Sequence record: MF459647.1 | Length of the DNA stretch: 64,000 nt | Reading direction: 5' to 3' (one strand) | Shown: piece after piece, positions 47,001-55,360 of the stretch | Position numbering within the stretch: the stretch's first letter is position 1 | Layout: the number at the start of each line of letters is the position of its first letter | Translations under genes and position numbers: made by a program | Notes under the pieces: model-generated | Told to the model about the DNA's origin: nothing | The model's input: only the letters and a program-made list of their open reading frames with translations | Database searches by the model: none

Positions 47001-48401
47001 TTCCACCAATTGAAAGACCAGGAAGAGGTCACGTTTGGTGGTAACCGTGGTCGTAACGAAATCAGTATGGTGAAGCGTACCCGTAGTCAGCTGCACAGCT
47101 ACAAGGGGATTATCTCGGAATCCAACAAAGACTCCGGGAAAGTCGGCTTTATCAGTTACCTCACCAGTGACCCGTCTATTTCGGATTACCGAGGCAACAT
47201 TGATTTAAACGCCAAACCGTCTAACACCGGGTTGTTCTCTGTAATCGGTAACCTCCAGTACGGCGGCACCGTTGACAGTCCACAGCGTACCAGCTTCGCC
47301 AGTATCCAGGCAAGCCAGGCAGTCAGTGCTCAGAACTATACGCCGAACATTCTGCGTACTGGGTATGATAACGTCATGGCACACCGCACCACCGAACTGT
47401 ACAGCAAGATGGCTCAGCAGGACGGTAAGGTTACGGCAGTTAGCAAAGATGCGATTGTGGTGACCTACAAGGACGGCACAACGGATAACTATCCATTGGG
47501 TCTGGTGATTGGCACAGCGTCGGGTGAGTACCATCCACACCAACGTGTCACTGACTTAAAAGTAGGGGACACCTTCAAAGCCGGGGAAGCATTAGGCTGG
47601 GATGACCAGTGGTTCATTCGTGACCCATTCTGTCCTGGACAGTTAACGGTGAAAGTGGGACGCATGGTGCGTATCGCATTAGTAGAAGACCAGGGCGTGT
47701 ATGAAGACTCCTTGGAAATCGCGAATGAGTTTGCACAAGAGTGTGTCACACCGTATATCAAGTGTAAGTCTTTCCTGATTGGCGTTGAGCAAGCGTTAAC
47801 GATGCGGGCAAAGGTAGGTGACGAAGTTGACTACGACACGATTTTATGCGATGTCGAAGACGCGCACGTTGCCGATATTGTCGATATCCCATCTGACGCT
47901 GGCGGGATTATGAAGTTTGGTACACGACAGGTCAAGTCTCATCACCACGGTAAAGTGGTTGCCATTGAAGTGAAGTACAATGGGCAGTATGAAGAGATGA
48001 GTCCGTCGGTGCTGGAGTTCGTGACCAAGGCTGATAAAGAACGTGCTCGCTTGGCAAAAATTACCAATAGCGGTATCGTGAATGGAAACATTTCCTCGAA
48101 CCTGAACGTGAAGAAACAATCTATCATGCCAGGCAAGGTGAAAATCATGGTGTACATTGAAGCCCTCGACCCATCGGTCACCGCTGACAAATACGTTATC
48201 GGGAACCAGATGAAAGGTACCGTGGGTAACATCATGCACCGGAAACTGTTTACCCGTGACGGCCGTGAAATCCAGGTGAAGTTCAGTTTCAAATCGCTGT
48301 TCAACCGTATGGTGCTCAGTCTGCGTAACAAGCTCACTGTGAATGAACTGGTGATCCATGTAACCAAACAAGCCGTGGATATTTACCGAGGACGAGTGTA
48401 A
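44085..48401 (+). CDS. Virion RNA polymerase beta subunit, N-terminal/major fragment (phiKZ gp178 / SPN3US gp241-like)
   Basis: RpoB-like ISESNKDSGKVG, QASQAV, YEDSLEI, DKYVIGNQMKGTV, FNRMV; ATGA-coupled to beta'. Confidence 0.9.
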   Translation: MKTLVYSEFFRSFVLRKKTELVQPNFLPISEIFLPKFSLIHYLPKHAQEYGPAVTEPFISNFPKDVFIDFVLDFDPVLGKGHNVAFDKLKAIKAYRSSHYTYNWTRNISSIYGRENVLVVENYGLMEKNWAYRPSVFAQYEQYYNRMREVLVNVNAQSKLAKRKQFLRIDLPLVMPEFKGLQEDYRHHLKSFENGLPNPTRQSIRLTKRENSYWVLDWYAFLLGDYEHSMFGQLSDEALDDLHLIFTFNSKCLVVNLGLIKQWFDEIKKDAQRLNATKRFYLALINLTRGGVSEKEIVEEEEENGTATADAGKAKAQAPVVEAEGSDETGGDTGSETEDVSGTSQSTGSAAPAGDILDVFGSNKGSNPGSDDAAGNPGSGADAESDPDAGVQDVAEDWTGDVDDRLLEEETSQDEEVHYDKRDVFDNPMQGIQMALEERARDGSLSVAEQEFFVRKGSRYLEIEMNDGKNFAEFMEIQPEELKTLKADAQVTGEFTTVLDESMLQNRAAVLRKDYVNKGLLMKDITRCVLGIQNAGVCLTDFRHERITNVAGSYDTFTLQMHPVDGSQSTRQIRIPAVDKDGMFMVDEVKYHLQLQRMELPIRKINERQVALTSYYDSKLMISRNDKANDDYARWLIKQIQAQATDKKIVIRNGNVYDKTMKTPRLYSMMAKKFQDISIKDPEMTFDFNFHKLVEAHPEFKDYNKLDKFLIGVKGKDPIWVDDYGNVYVGQKEQGTFESLLGISTRKAPLEHCVVNIRGYQFPIGVVLCYYFGIDKLLKIIKAQTRTVPMGNKPNLTEDEFAMVFNDEYLIFNRRERLTTLIFGGMVGLTNLSNFSRVDLNNKGVWVPLMGDPKVKPTHFKEMKNIFDLFIDPITKDELKRMGYSVTIHYLLIDAVKLLMTDYTRHEVELEEQRVVGYERFAGQIYGELCRSIRQYRNKGGDRKHTVDLNPEGVILGIITDTSVNSVEEVSPFHQLKDQEEVTFGGNRGRNEISMVKRTRSQLHSYKGIISESNKDSGKVGFISYLTSDPSISDYRGNIDLNAKPSNTGLFSVIGNLQYGGTVDSPQRTSFASIQASQAVSAQNYTPNILRTGYDNVMAHRTTELYSKMAQQDGKVTAVSKDAIVVTYKDGTTDNYPLGLVIGTASGEYHPHQRVTDLKVGDTFKAGEALGWDDQWFIRDPFCPGQLTVKVGRMVRIALVEDQGVYEDSLEIANEFAQECVTPYIKCKSFLIGVEQALTMRAKVGDEVDYDTILCDVEDAHVADIVDIPSDAGGIMKFGTRQVKSHHHGKVVAIEVKYNGQYEEMSPSVLEFVTKADKERARLAKITNSGIVNGNISSNLNVKKQSIMPGKVKIMVYIEALDPSVTADKYVIGNQMKGTVGNIMHRKLFTRDGREIQVKFSFKSLFNRMVLSLRNKLTVNELVIHVTKQAVDIYRGRV

Positions 48402-49273
48402 TGACTTTTCGTGATATTAATGCCGTGAAGAATGTCCAGCTTCGTTTAGAAGAATGCGGACTGTACCCAAAGGCTATTGACGGGGTGTGGGGCGGTGGTT
48501 GTCGTGACGGTGCGATGACCCTGTTTAGCGACCACATGAAAGCGAACGGGATCAAGGAAGATCCCGGTTTCATCAAGATGGGAACGATTCCGGGCGATGT
48601 GATTAAAGAGCTGCAGCTGATTCTGGCGGACTTTAATCTGTACAGCGGCACTATCGATGGCCTGTGGGGTCGTGGTACCAGCACCGGGTTGGCGACAGTA
48701 GTAGAAGGGTATCGTTCTCGTCGTAACCTGCCGAAGTATAGTCGTGCCTGGAGCAAGCGCGTTCCTCCTCAGTTTATTCAGATGATTGAAGACTGGGTGA
48801 AAGCGCGCGGCCTCCCAGCCGAAGCCACGGATTGGCTAATGGCCTGCATGAACTTTGAAAGCGGCGGTACCTTTGATCCGAAGAAACAGAACAACGGTGG
48901 TTCAAACTACTTTGGTCTGATTCAGTTCGGTAAAGATGCGGCGGCTGATTTGGGGTATACCCTTCCGCAGGTGATTGCCATGGACCAGCTCACTCAGCTG
49001 AAACTGGTCTTTGCCTACTTTGATATGTGGGCGAAACGTGGTAAGCGTTACACGCAACTTGAAGATTTCTATCTCACCATTCTTTACCCGGCTGCCGTCG
49101 GCATGAAAGCGGACCAGGTGCTGTGGCGTAAAGACCTGAGCGGTAAGAACTTCTCGCAGAACAGTGGCTTTGACAAAAACAAAGATGACTGTATCACCAT
49201 TGGCGAAATCTGCACCACTATTTATTCGTCCTATTTCGATGGGATGTTAACCAAGAACCGAGGAATCCTCTGA
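48401..49273 (+). CDS. Modular peptidoglycan hydrolase (two PG-binding repeats plus lysozyme/transglycosylase-like domain)
   Basis: IDGVWGGG and IDGLWGRGT PG-binding repeats; WLMACMNFESGGTFDP...YFGLIQFG catalytic-type motif. Confidence 0.85.
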   Translation: MTFRDINAVKNVQLRLEECGLYPKAIDGVWGGGCRDGAMTLFSDHMKANGIKEDPGFIKMGTIPGDVIKELQLILADFNLYSGTIDGLWGRGTSTGLATVVEGYRSRRNLPKYSRAWSKRVPPQFIQMIEDWVKARGLPAEATDWLMACMNFESGGTFDPKKQNNGGSNYFGLIQFGKDAAADLGYTLPQVIAMDQLTQLKLVFAYFDMWAKRGKRYTQLEDFYLTILYPAAVGMKADQVLWRKDLSGKNFSQNSGFDKNKDDCITIGEICTTIYSSYFDGMLTKNRGIL

Positions 49274-49449
49274 TGGATAATAAACACGAAACGTTAGTCT
49301 CTAACGTTCTGGTGGTTGCGAACGTCACTGAAGTGGTTAAGCGCACCGTGCAGAAAGTGGGACTGGATTATCTTCCCCCGCTGGATGAAGCGATTGTGGA
49401 AGAGCAAATCAGCAAAGCGGTTGTTAGCTGCGTGAAGGGAGCTGAATAA
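49273..49449 (+). CDS. Small 58-aa protein absent from the ORF track
   Basis: ATG overlaps the upstream stop (TGATG) and its own stop overlaps the next ATG (TAATG); translates MDNKHETLVSNVLVV...VSCVKGAE. Confidence 0.7.
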   Translation: MDNKHETLVSNVLVVANVTEVVKRTVQKVGLDYLPPLDEAIVEEQISKAVVSCVKGAE

Positions 49450-50963
49450 TGATTACCAAAAACAGCGTTATTCTCGCTGAACCGATCGTCCTGGGTCTGG
49501 ACAAGCCGCTGGTAGAAAACTCCTCTGACATCGTAAAAGGTCTGATGGAGCTTTCCTACGGCGCGATGCCTTACGGTGAAACCTACCGTACGGAAATTGC
49601 TGAAGTAACCGCAGACAACGGCCACACCGATGTGGTAGAGCACGTGACCACCAAGCTGGCAGAAAGCATTCGCGAAGTGTTCTCGCAGATTTCTACCTAC
49701 GGCATCGGCTTTGCGCGTGTGCTGGCAAATGAACTGCGTAATGCACAGAGCGACGACCACATCATTGATGCGGCAACCTCAGGTCTGGCAATTCGTTTCG
49801 TTAACCTCGACAACGACTTCCTGGTCTCTACGCTGTATCCGGCTGGTCCGAAGAACGTGCAGTTCAATTACGACTCTATTGACCTGAGCGTGATTGATCG
49901 TCTGCAGTTCAACACCGACATGTGCGGTGAACTGGCCAAGAGCTACATTGATATCCAACACCCGGATATCGTTCGCGTCATGAAAGACGACGAGTGTGAT
50001 AGCGAAGAAGCGTTCTACAGCATCATGGACGTTGAGTGCCTGCGCTCGCTGTTCCATCATCAGAACGGTCGCTTTGACTTCACCACGGTGAAAACCTATC
50101 GTCTGGCGCTGCTGTTCAAGATGTACGTTATCCTGAGCAAAATGTACAGCTCTGATGATCCGATCAAATCGCTGGTTGGCGGTACGCTCACGGATTACCG
50201 TGAATACGTTAGCCTGCTGTGGAACGGTCTGTCTACCTACCTGGCTCGTATGAAAGGTATGGTGGGTGTGCTGCGTGGTCGTGGTATTGCTCTGCACCAG
50301 AACAAGCCGGTTCGTTTCAATACGGTTAAGCGTCACTTCGACCTGACCAACTCGACGTTTGAATTCCAGGAACTGCACGGTGACGTTACGGTGTTCTACA
50401 CCAAGCCTGCAGCTGATACCCTGGCAGCAAACAACTACTGCCTGCGTGACTGGGTTATTGGTCGTCTGCTGTGTGACCTGAAAGGCGAAGCACACGTTCC
50501 GGATGCCGCACTGCTGTCTGGTAACAAACTGACTGGCGTAATGAATGCCTTCATGGACTTCATTCGTAGCGGTTTGCTGGAACGTCGTCGCGAAGTAACC
50601 GAGTTCCTCTTCCAGCGCGCTGTTAACAACTTCGTTATGGGTAATGAAACCCTGCGTGAGTTTGTAGCGGCTATGGACGAAGAAGGTCTGAACGCCGAGA
50701 AGATTGTGCATCGCATGAACAGCGATTTCAAATGTGGTTATAACCTGGCGGTTTATCTTGACAACCATCCGGGCATGTCCACTGAAGACGCAGTTATCTC
50801 CAGCGGTGTGGTTCAACGCTTCCTGCGTGCCATTGATTGTTCTCTGGCCGCTAACATCATCGCCGAAACCGAGTATCACTCTGAACACGACGACGCGGTG
50901 GAAAAACGTAAACGTCTTCACGCTGCACTGATCAAAGTGCTGGTGAACAAACTCATGGGTTAA
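49449..50963 (+). CDS. Putative head/ejection protein (position of SPN3US gp243 / phiKZ gp177)
   Basis: 504 aa with strong codon bias, between beta and the beta' C candidate; assignment by synteny. Confidence 0.55.
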   Translation: MITKNSVILAEPIVLGLDKPLVENSSDIVKGLMELSYGAMPYGETYRTEIAEVTADNGHTDVVEHVTTKLAESIREVFSQISTYGIGFARVLANELRNAQSDDHIIDAATSGLAIRFVNLDNDFLVSTLYPAGPKNVQFNYDSIDLSVIDRLQFNTDMCGELAKSYIDIQHPDIVRVMKDDECDSEEAFYSIMDVECLRSLFHHQNGRFDFTTVKTYRLALLFKMYVILSKMYSSDDPIKSLVGGTLTDYREYVSLLWNGLSTYLARMKGMVGVLRGRGIALHQNKPVRFNTVKRHFDLTNSTFEFQELHGDVTVFYTKPAADTLAANNYCLRDWVIGRLLCDLKGEAHVPDAALLSGNKLTGVMNAFMDFIRSGLLERRREVTEFLFQRAVNNFVMGNETLREFVAAMDEEGLNAEKIVHRMNSDFKCGYNLAVYLDNHPGMSTEDAVISSGVVQRFLRAIDCSLAANIIAETEYHSEHDDAVEKRKRLHAALIKVLVNKLMG

Positions 50964-50967
50964 CATA

Positions 50968-51693
50968 ATGGACGTCACTAAACTTGCCTATAATCCTAAA
51001 CGGATTGAATCGTTGTACACCGTAATGGAAGATCGGTCAGTGGTGGCGAACCGTTCCTTTGAGGTGCACATTCCAAAACGGTTTACAGAAAACGGCATGG
51101 CCGAGGTTACCGACGTTGTGACCTCGGTTGTGGTATTGGGCTTGGTTATTCCAGGCGAGTGCTATGGTACACTGATTGCCTTGATGGCCTGTACCATGAT
51201 TCCTTCGGGGATGCGTGAGATTGGTATCGACGGCGAGAAGTATTTGATTCTCGAAATTGAGAAAGGGGATACGTTTATTGAGAACCTCTCAGTAACCAAA
51301 GACCCGGACATGCCGTATCACTACTTCATGGAGTTCAACGTCTATAGCCGCCTGCCGTGGTATGTGCAGCCCAAGATGTTAACGTCATTGTACGATAATG
51401 CCAAAATCGATTTGGGTAAGGCAGTGGGAAGTTCCCCTCAGGTTATGCGGGTGTTTAACGCTATGCAGTTCCGTGACCCGGATAACCTGGACATTCCCTA
51501 TCGTAACAGTAAAGCGATGTTGGACGGTCGTCCGCCAGTTATAGTGGGTCTGAATAACAGCAGTATGTTGATTGATGGTACATTCTCGAAACTTCTCGGT
51601 GGGTATCTGTCGGACAATATCTTGGCCGCCATTATTAACCCGGATAGCCGGACAACGGATTTCGAAAAAGTCATTAAAGGAATACCGGAATGA
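50968..51693 (+). CDS. Virion RNA polymerase beta' C-terminal fragment (SPN3US gp244 / phiKZ gp176-like)
   Basis: Directly upstream of the protease as in SPN3US and phiKZ. GTFSKLLGGYLSDNILAAIINPDSRTTDFEKVIKG resembles the RpoC C-terminal segment. Confidence 0.65.
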   Translation: MDVTKLAYNPKRIESLYTVMEDRSVVANRSFEVHIPKRFTENGMAEVTDVVTSVVVLGLVIPGECYGTLIALMACTMIPSGMREIGIDGEKYLILEIEKGDTFIENLSVTKDPDMPYHYFMEFNVYSRLPWYVQPKMLTSLYDNAKIDLGKAVGSSPQVMRVFNAMQFRDPDNLDIPYRNSKAMLDGRPPVIVGLNNSSMLIDGTFSKLLGGYLSDNILAAIINPDSRTTDFEKVIKGIPE

Positions 51694-52544
51694 GCCAAAC
51701 CGTCTCTTTCGGTAACGTGATTTTAGCACAGAGCGGTAAGAAAGGGATTTTGCGTCCTATCGACGACAGCGGGTACTACATGCTGAACGCCGGTGGATTC
51801 AACATCCCTAACCGCTCGGGCATCACTTACCGAGCCAACGATTACATCTACGAATGTATGGGGCCGGACTCTGACCTGAGCCGTCGCGTGAAGCGTGGTG
51901 AAGTGTACATGGAGCTCGACCATCCTCCGCAGTACTACCTGGAAAAAATCAACGGTCAAGTTGTGCGTACGCGTATCACTGACGTGTTTGAATGGATTCT
52001 GCGTCTGCGTACCATTTGCATGGACCGTGTCTGTGCACACATTCGCAAGATTCACTGGGATATCACGGGTGACCGTGGAGCACCGATTTACAACCGTGTC
52101 GAAACGACCCCGTTTGGACCGTTTAAAGAGATGTTCCAACAGAGCCTGGATACCCCGGACATCAATACCTCTATCAGTGTGCGTACCGTAACCAAACCGC
52201 AGAAGGTTGGCGACCGTACCCGTGAAGTGGATTATTTCACTGGCTACGACTATGTTCCGGAACCGGGCATGGACCGTGCTAACAAACACATGACCGCAGG
52301 ACTGGAAAACTATCTCCAGGATGGCGCGTTGGCGTTTGGTGAAGATAACGAACTCACCACTGACTTTGATGCGATGATCTACATGGTTGAAAGCACCATG
52401 TCGAACCCAACGGTCATGCAGCGTTTTGAAGGCACTGAATCTCTGAAAGAACTCGGCGACATGCTGGCGGTTCTGAAGAAGGCCGGTGCTGTTAGCCGCA
52501 AGATCAGCATGGTTAACCGTAGCTCGCTGTCACTGTTTGCTTAA
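51690..52544 (+). CDS. Prohead protease (phiKZ gp175 / SPN3US gp245-like)
   Basis: His motif YMELDHP, Ser motif TSISVR, VCAHI, and a possible self-cleavage site AGLE before the C-terminal extension. Confidence 0.85.
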   Translation: MSQTVSFGNVILAQSGKKGILRPIDDSGYYMLNAGGFNIPNRSGITYRANDYIYECMGPDSDLSRRVKRGEVYMELDHPPQYYLEKINGQVVRTRITDVFEWILRLRTICMDRVCAHIRKIHWDITGDRGAPIYNRVETTPFGPFKEMFQQSLDTPDINTSISVRTVTKPQKVGDRTREVDYFTGYDYVPEPGMDRANKHMTAGLENYLQDGALAFGEDNELTTDFDAMIYMVESTMSNPTVMQRFEGTESLKELGDMLAVLKKAGAVSRKISMVNRSSLSLFA

Positions 52545-52546
52545 CA

Positions 52547-52574
52547 ACTAACCCGGGGGCAACCTCGGGTTAGT
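52547..52574 (+). terminator. Terminator with GNRA loop
   Basis: ACTAACCCGGGG-gcaa-CCTCGGGTTAGT followed by ATTATTTT. Confidence 0.75.
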
Positions 52575-52637
52575 ATTATTTTACGTGTCTGTTTATTTTA
52601 CTGTCTAAACCACCTACATTTCTTTTAAGGAAGAATC

Positions 52638-53369
52638 ATGACCGAAAGCAAGAAACCGTTTTCACAAGACACCATGAAAGCACTGTCTGTGATTACTCGT
52701 TTTAACGACGTTATCGGCAACACCAATGTGCTGCGTAGTCTGTACCGTGAATCACAAAAAGAGTGGGCGAAATCGGTTAACGCAAACAACGGCGAACACC
52801 TGATCAAATCCATTCACACGGCCGGCTTTAAAACCGATGCTGTGCAGGCATACGTCAGTGTGCTGGCGAAAATCTTCCTGAGCAGCCAGGGTGCTAACCT
52901 GAGCGCCTGGTCTAAGAACAGCCTGGCTGAAGAACATGCACTGACTGCTGCGGTTATTAGCCGTATGGGCACCAAGCTCTATGACACCAACGATCAACTG
53001 TTCACCGACGTTGCCACTAAGGTGCTGGGCTTTGACCTGTATCTGGTTGAGTACGTACTGGCGTCTGAAGGCGGCGACAAAGCCGTTGACAAACTGGTGG
53101 CGTATGTGACCTCTCAGTTTGACGATCTGGTTGGGGCAGAAAACGCCGAGATCTATTTCGACGAGCTGATTGAGCACCTGAAACACATCGACCTGATTCA
53201 GGACCGCGACAACCTGTTTAGCACCGCGTTGCATCTGATTGTAGGTTACGGCGAAACCGACGGTTATGCAGCGTTGCTGAAAGCGGCACAGAACGTGCTG
53301 GGTTATGTCATCGGCGATCGTACCGGTGAGCAAGACAAAGTCTTTACCTTCCCGCCGGCGAAACTGTAA
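52638..53369 (+). CDS. Hypothetical helical protein
   Basis: 243 aa, AAGGAAG RBS, strong codon bias. Confidence 0.65.
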   Translation: MTESKKPFSQDTMKALSVITRFNDVIGNTNVLRSLYRESQKEWAKSVNANNGEHLIKSIHTAGFKTDAVQAYVSVLAKIFLSSQGANLSAWSKNSLAEEHALTAAVISRMGTKLYDTNDQLFTDVATKVLGFDLYLVEYVLASEGGDKAVDKLVAYVTSQFDDLVGAENAEIYFDELIEHLKHIDLIQDRDNLFSTALHLIVGYGETDGYAALLKAAQNVLGYVIGDRTGEQDKVFTFPPAKL

Positions 53370-53383
53370 CTGCTTCGCCTAAA

Positions 53384-53410
53384 ATATTTGAAGCCTGTAC
53401 TATTAGGGTG
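53384..53410 (+). promoter_or_regulatory. Divergent copy of the early-promoter motif
   Basis: ATATTTGAAGCCTGTACTATTAGGGTG aligns without gaps to the other three copies. Confidence 0.45.
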
Positions 53411-53412
53411 AC

Positions 53413-53474
53413 ACAGAAGCGGACATCAGTCCGGGGAGATGCGGACGCTACTCCTTTTGTTTGTCTGCTTCTGT
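53413..53474 (+). ncRNA. Structured leader or small RNA element
   Basis: ACAGAAGCGGACA (53413-53425) pairs with TGTCTGCTTCTGT (53462-53474) with one G-U, enclosing the inner hairpin GTCCG/CGGAC. Confidence 0.45.
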
Positions 53475-53512
53475 TTACTCATTTAACCATAAATACTTTT
53501 AAAGGATAGAAG

Positions 53513-53953
53513 ATGTCTCAGAATAAATCTTTCGCTGACAAAATGGCTGCTGGTGTAACTAACCTGGTTGAGAACGCACAGTGGGACAAAGCCACTAAAC
53601 ACGCAACCTTCAGCGCTGACAAAATCGAACTGCCTGAAGGCGTATCGGTTGAGTCCATCAATACCCACATCGATCTGTTCAATACCCTGACCGCGCAAAC
53701 CGAAGTGGCCACTGCCGAAATCGGTCGCGCACAACGCGCTGATGACGATACCCTGACCACCGTCGACGGCACGCTGCAGTTCGGTAACTTCGTTGTTAAC
53801 TCTCAGCATCACCTGTCTCAGAAAGCCGGCGACGATGTCATGTACGGTCTGTCCACCACAACCGTCGATTACATCCACTCTGCAGAGCAGACTGACTGGC
53901 TGGAAAAACAGCGCAGTGCCAACATCGAGCTGGCAACCTCTCTGTTCAAATAA
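53513..53953 (+). CDS. Hypothetical protein, probably abundant
   Basis: 146 aa, AAGGA RBS, very strong codon bias; flanked by its own promoter motif and terminator. Confidence 0.7.
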   Translation: MSQNKSFADKMAAGVTNLVENAQWDKATKHATFSADKIELPEGVSVESINTHIDLFNTLTAQTEVATAEIGRAQRADDDTLTTVDGTLQFGNFVVNSQHHLSQKAGDDVMYGLSTTTVDYIHSAEQTDWLEKQRSANIELATSLFK

Positions 53954-53974
53954 TCCGTCGCGCTCCGGCGCTGG

Positions 53975-54000
53975 CTCCTATCCCCAATTGGGGATAGGAG
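53975..54000 (+). terminator. Perfect 26-bp palindrome, terminator
   Basis: CTCCTATCCCCAATTGGGGATAGGAG followed by T-rich sequence. Confidence 0.75.
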
Positions 54001-54037
54001 TTTCCCTTGTCGTTCTTTTTTGTTTTTAATTTATATT

Positions 54038-54064
54038 AAATTTCAAATCTACATTACTAATGTG
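54038..54064 (+). promoter_or_regulatory. phiKZ-type early promoter motif
   Basis: AAATTTCAAATCTACATTACTAATGTG. Confidence 0.65.
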
Positions 54065-54113
54065 AATCTGTGACCAAAACAATTATACGTTGTAATTTTA
54101 TCGAGAGGAATCG

Positions 54114-54809
54114 ATGATGAAAGTTATGAAAACTTACCAGGCTATTAAGTTGGTTATCGGCGAGGTTCTCCCGGACAAACTTCTGCTGGCTTGTTTGAAC
54201 TCCATCATTCATAACGATGAGGCACACAACCTGGACCACATCCAAAAGGTTGTCACGTTAGGCAATGAATTAGCAGACCGTACGGAACTCAGCATGAAAC
54301 ATCGCCAGATGGTACTGGCCGGTTGTTTGATGCACGACCTCGGTTGTCGCTACCATCGCAAGACGCACCACCAAATCAGTTATGGGTTGGCGTTCGAATA
54401 CTTAGAGAAATTTGGTGACGGTATCTTCACTGAAGAAGAAATCCTTGTGATTGCAGAAAGCTGTTTGCAGCATCGCGCCAGTTGGACTGAAGACCGCAGT
54501 GGTCAGATTTGCGACTTGGTGGCGTTAGCAGACCGCGGTATCTGGAATAAGAAGGAGTACGTTACCCGCAGTGTACAGTTCCATCTCCACCGTATTGGGG
54601 AACTGGGTATCGACGCTGTGCGTAAGGAAGTGCAAATGCACATTCCTGATAAATTTGGAGAAGACGGCTATGCCTGGAAGAAATATCCACGCATTGGCTT
54701 TACGTTGTTTGAAAAGGAAATCGAAGACTTCAAACGGTTTGCTCTATCACCGGCTGAAATCGATAAGATGATTGATGTAGTATTGAACGAATTAAAGCTG
54801 TTTCGTTAA
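54114..54809 (+). CDS. HD-domain metal-dependent phosphohydrolase
   Basis: HNLDHIQKV...CLMHDLG...QHRAS...VALADR gives the H...HD...H...D arrangement. Confidence 0.85.
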   Translation: MMKVMKTYQAIKLVIGEVLPDKLLLACLNSIIHNDEAHNLDHIQKVVTLGNELADRTELSMKHRQMVLAGCLMHDLGCRYHRKTHHQISYGLAFEYLEKFGDGIFTEEEILVIAESCLQHRASWTEDRSGQICDLVALADRGIWNKKEYVTRSVQFHLHRIGELGIDAVRKEVQMHIPDKFGEDGYAWKKYPRIGFTLFEKEIEDFKRFALSPAEIDKMIDVVLNELKLFR

Positions 54810-54871
54810 CACAGTATCGGTCAGGGGGCGGAAGCTCTCTGGCTGACTCAACTAATTAGAAGGATACCCTT

Positions 54872-55357
54872 ATGTTTGATGCACACACTGTTGACACGAT
54901 TCTGAACGGATCCCTGCTCCTTATCTGGGCGATTGTCTTTGCGTTAGGCTTACAGACTTGGCGGAAGTACAACGAACCCACCTGCACTTTCTTCGTGATG
55001 CCGACCAAGTACACCATGAACTGGAAACAGGGTTGGCGTAAAGGTAGCATTTCGATTGTCCGCTGCTATGAATGCCATCAACCCAAATTGACACCGGGCT
55101 TCAACAGCTGGAACTTTGTGGTTCCTTTGGACATGCCGTATGAAGAGCTCGCGGAGTTTGTTCGTACCGCACCGGTAGCTGACTATTATGCCAAGAAAGA
55201 TTTAGACATATTGGAAGCGTTCCGTGACATGGTCTGTGACCCGGTCATGATTACCGAAGGCAACACCTACGGTGATGAAGCGCTCACCCAACTGCTGGAT
55301 CACGGCGTGGTACTCAAGCACTATGACAATCAGCTGGTTGTACCGTCACACGCATAA
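54872..55357 (+). CDS. Hypothetical protein with N-terminal membrane anchor
   Basis: LLLIWAIVFALGL followed by WRKY. Confidence 0.6.
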   Translation: MFDAHTVDTILNGSLLLIWAIVFALGLQTWRKYNEPTCTFFVMPTKYTMNWKQGWRKGSISIVRCYECHQPKLTPGFNSWNFVVPLDMPYEELAEFVRTAPVADYYAKKDLDILEAFRDMVCDPVMITEGNTYGDEALTQLLDHGVVLKHYDNQLVVPSHA

Positions 55358-55360
55358 AGT

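Noticed and set aside
42469-48401. Group I intron or intein in the RNAP genes, as in some phiKZ relatives
   Set aside because: Both frames are continuous and of expected size, with no intein junction motifs or HNH ORF seen.
49779-50978. 399-aa ORF antisense to the 504-aa head protein gene
   Set aside because: Shadow ORF in register with a strongly codon-biased sense gene; no RBS or motifs. The same applies to 5877-6464, 22003-22707, 47844-48371, 52752-53333 and 58852-59493.
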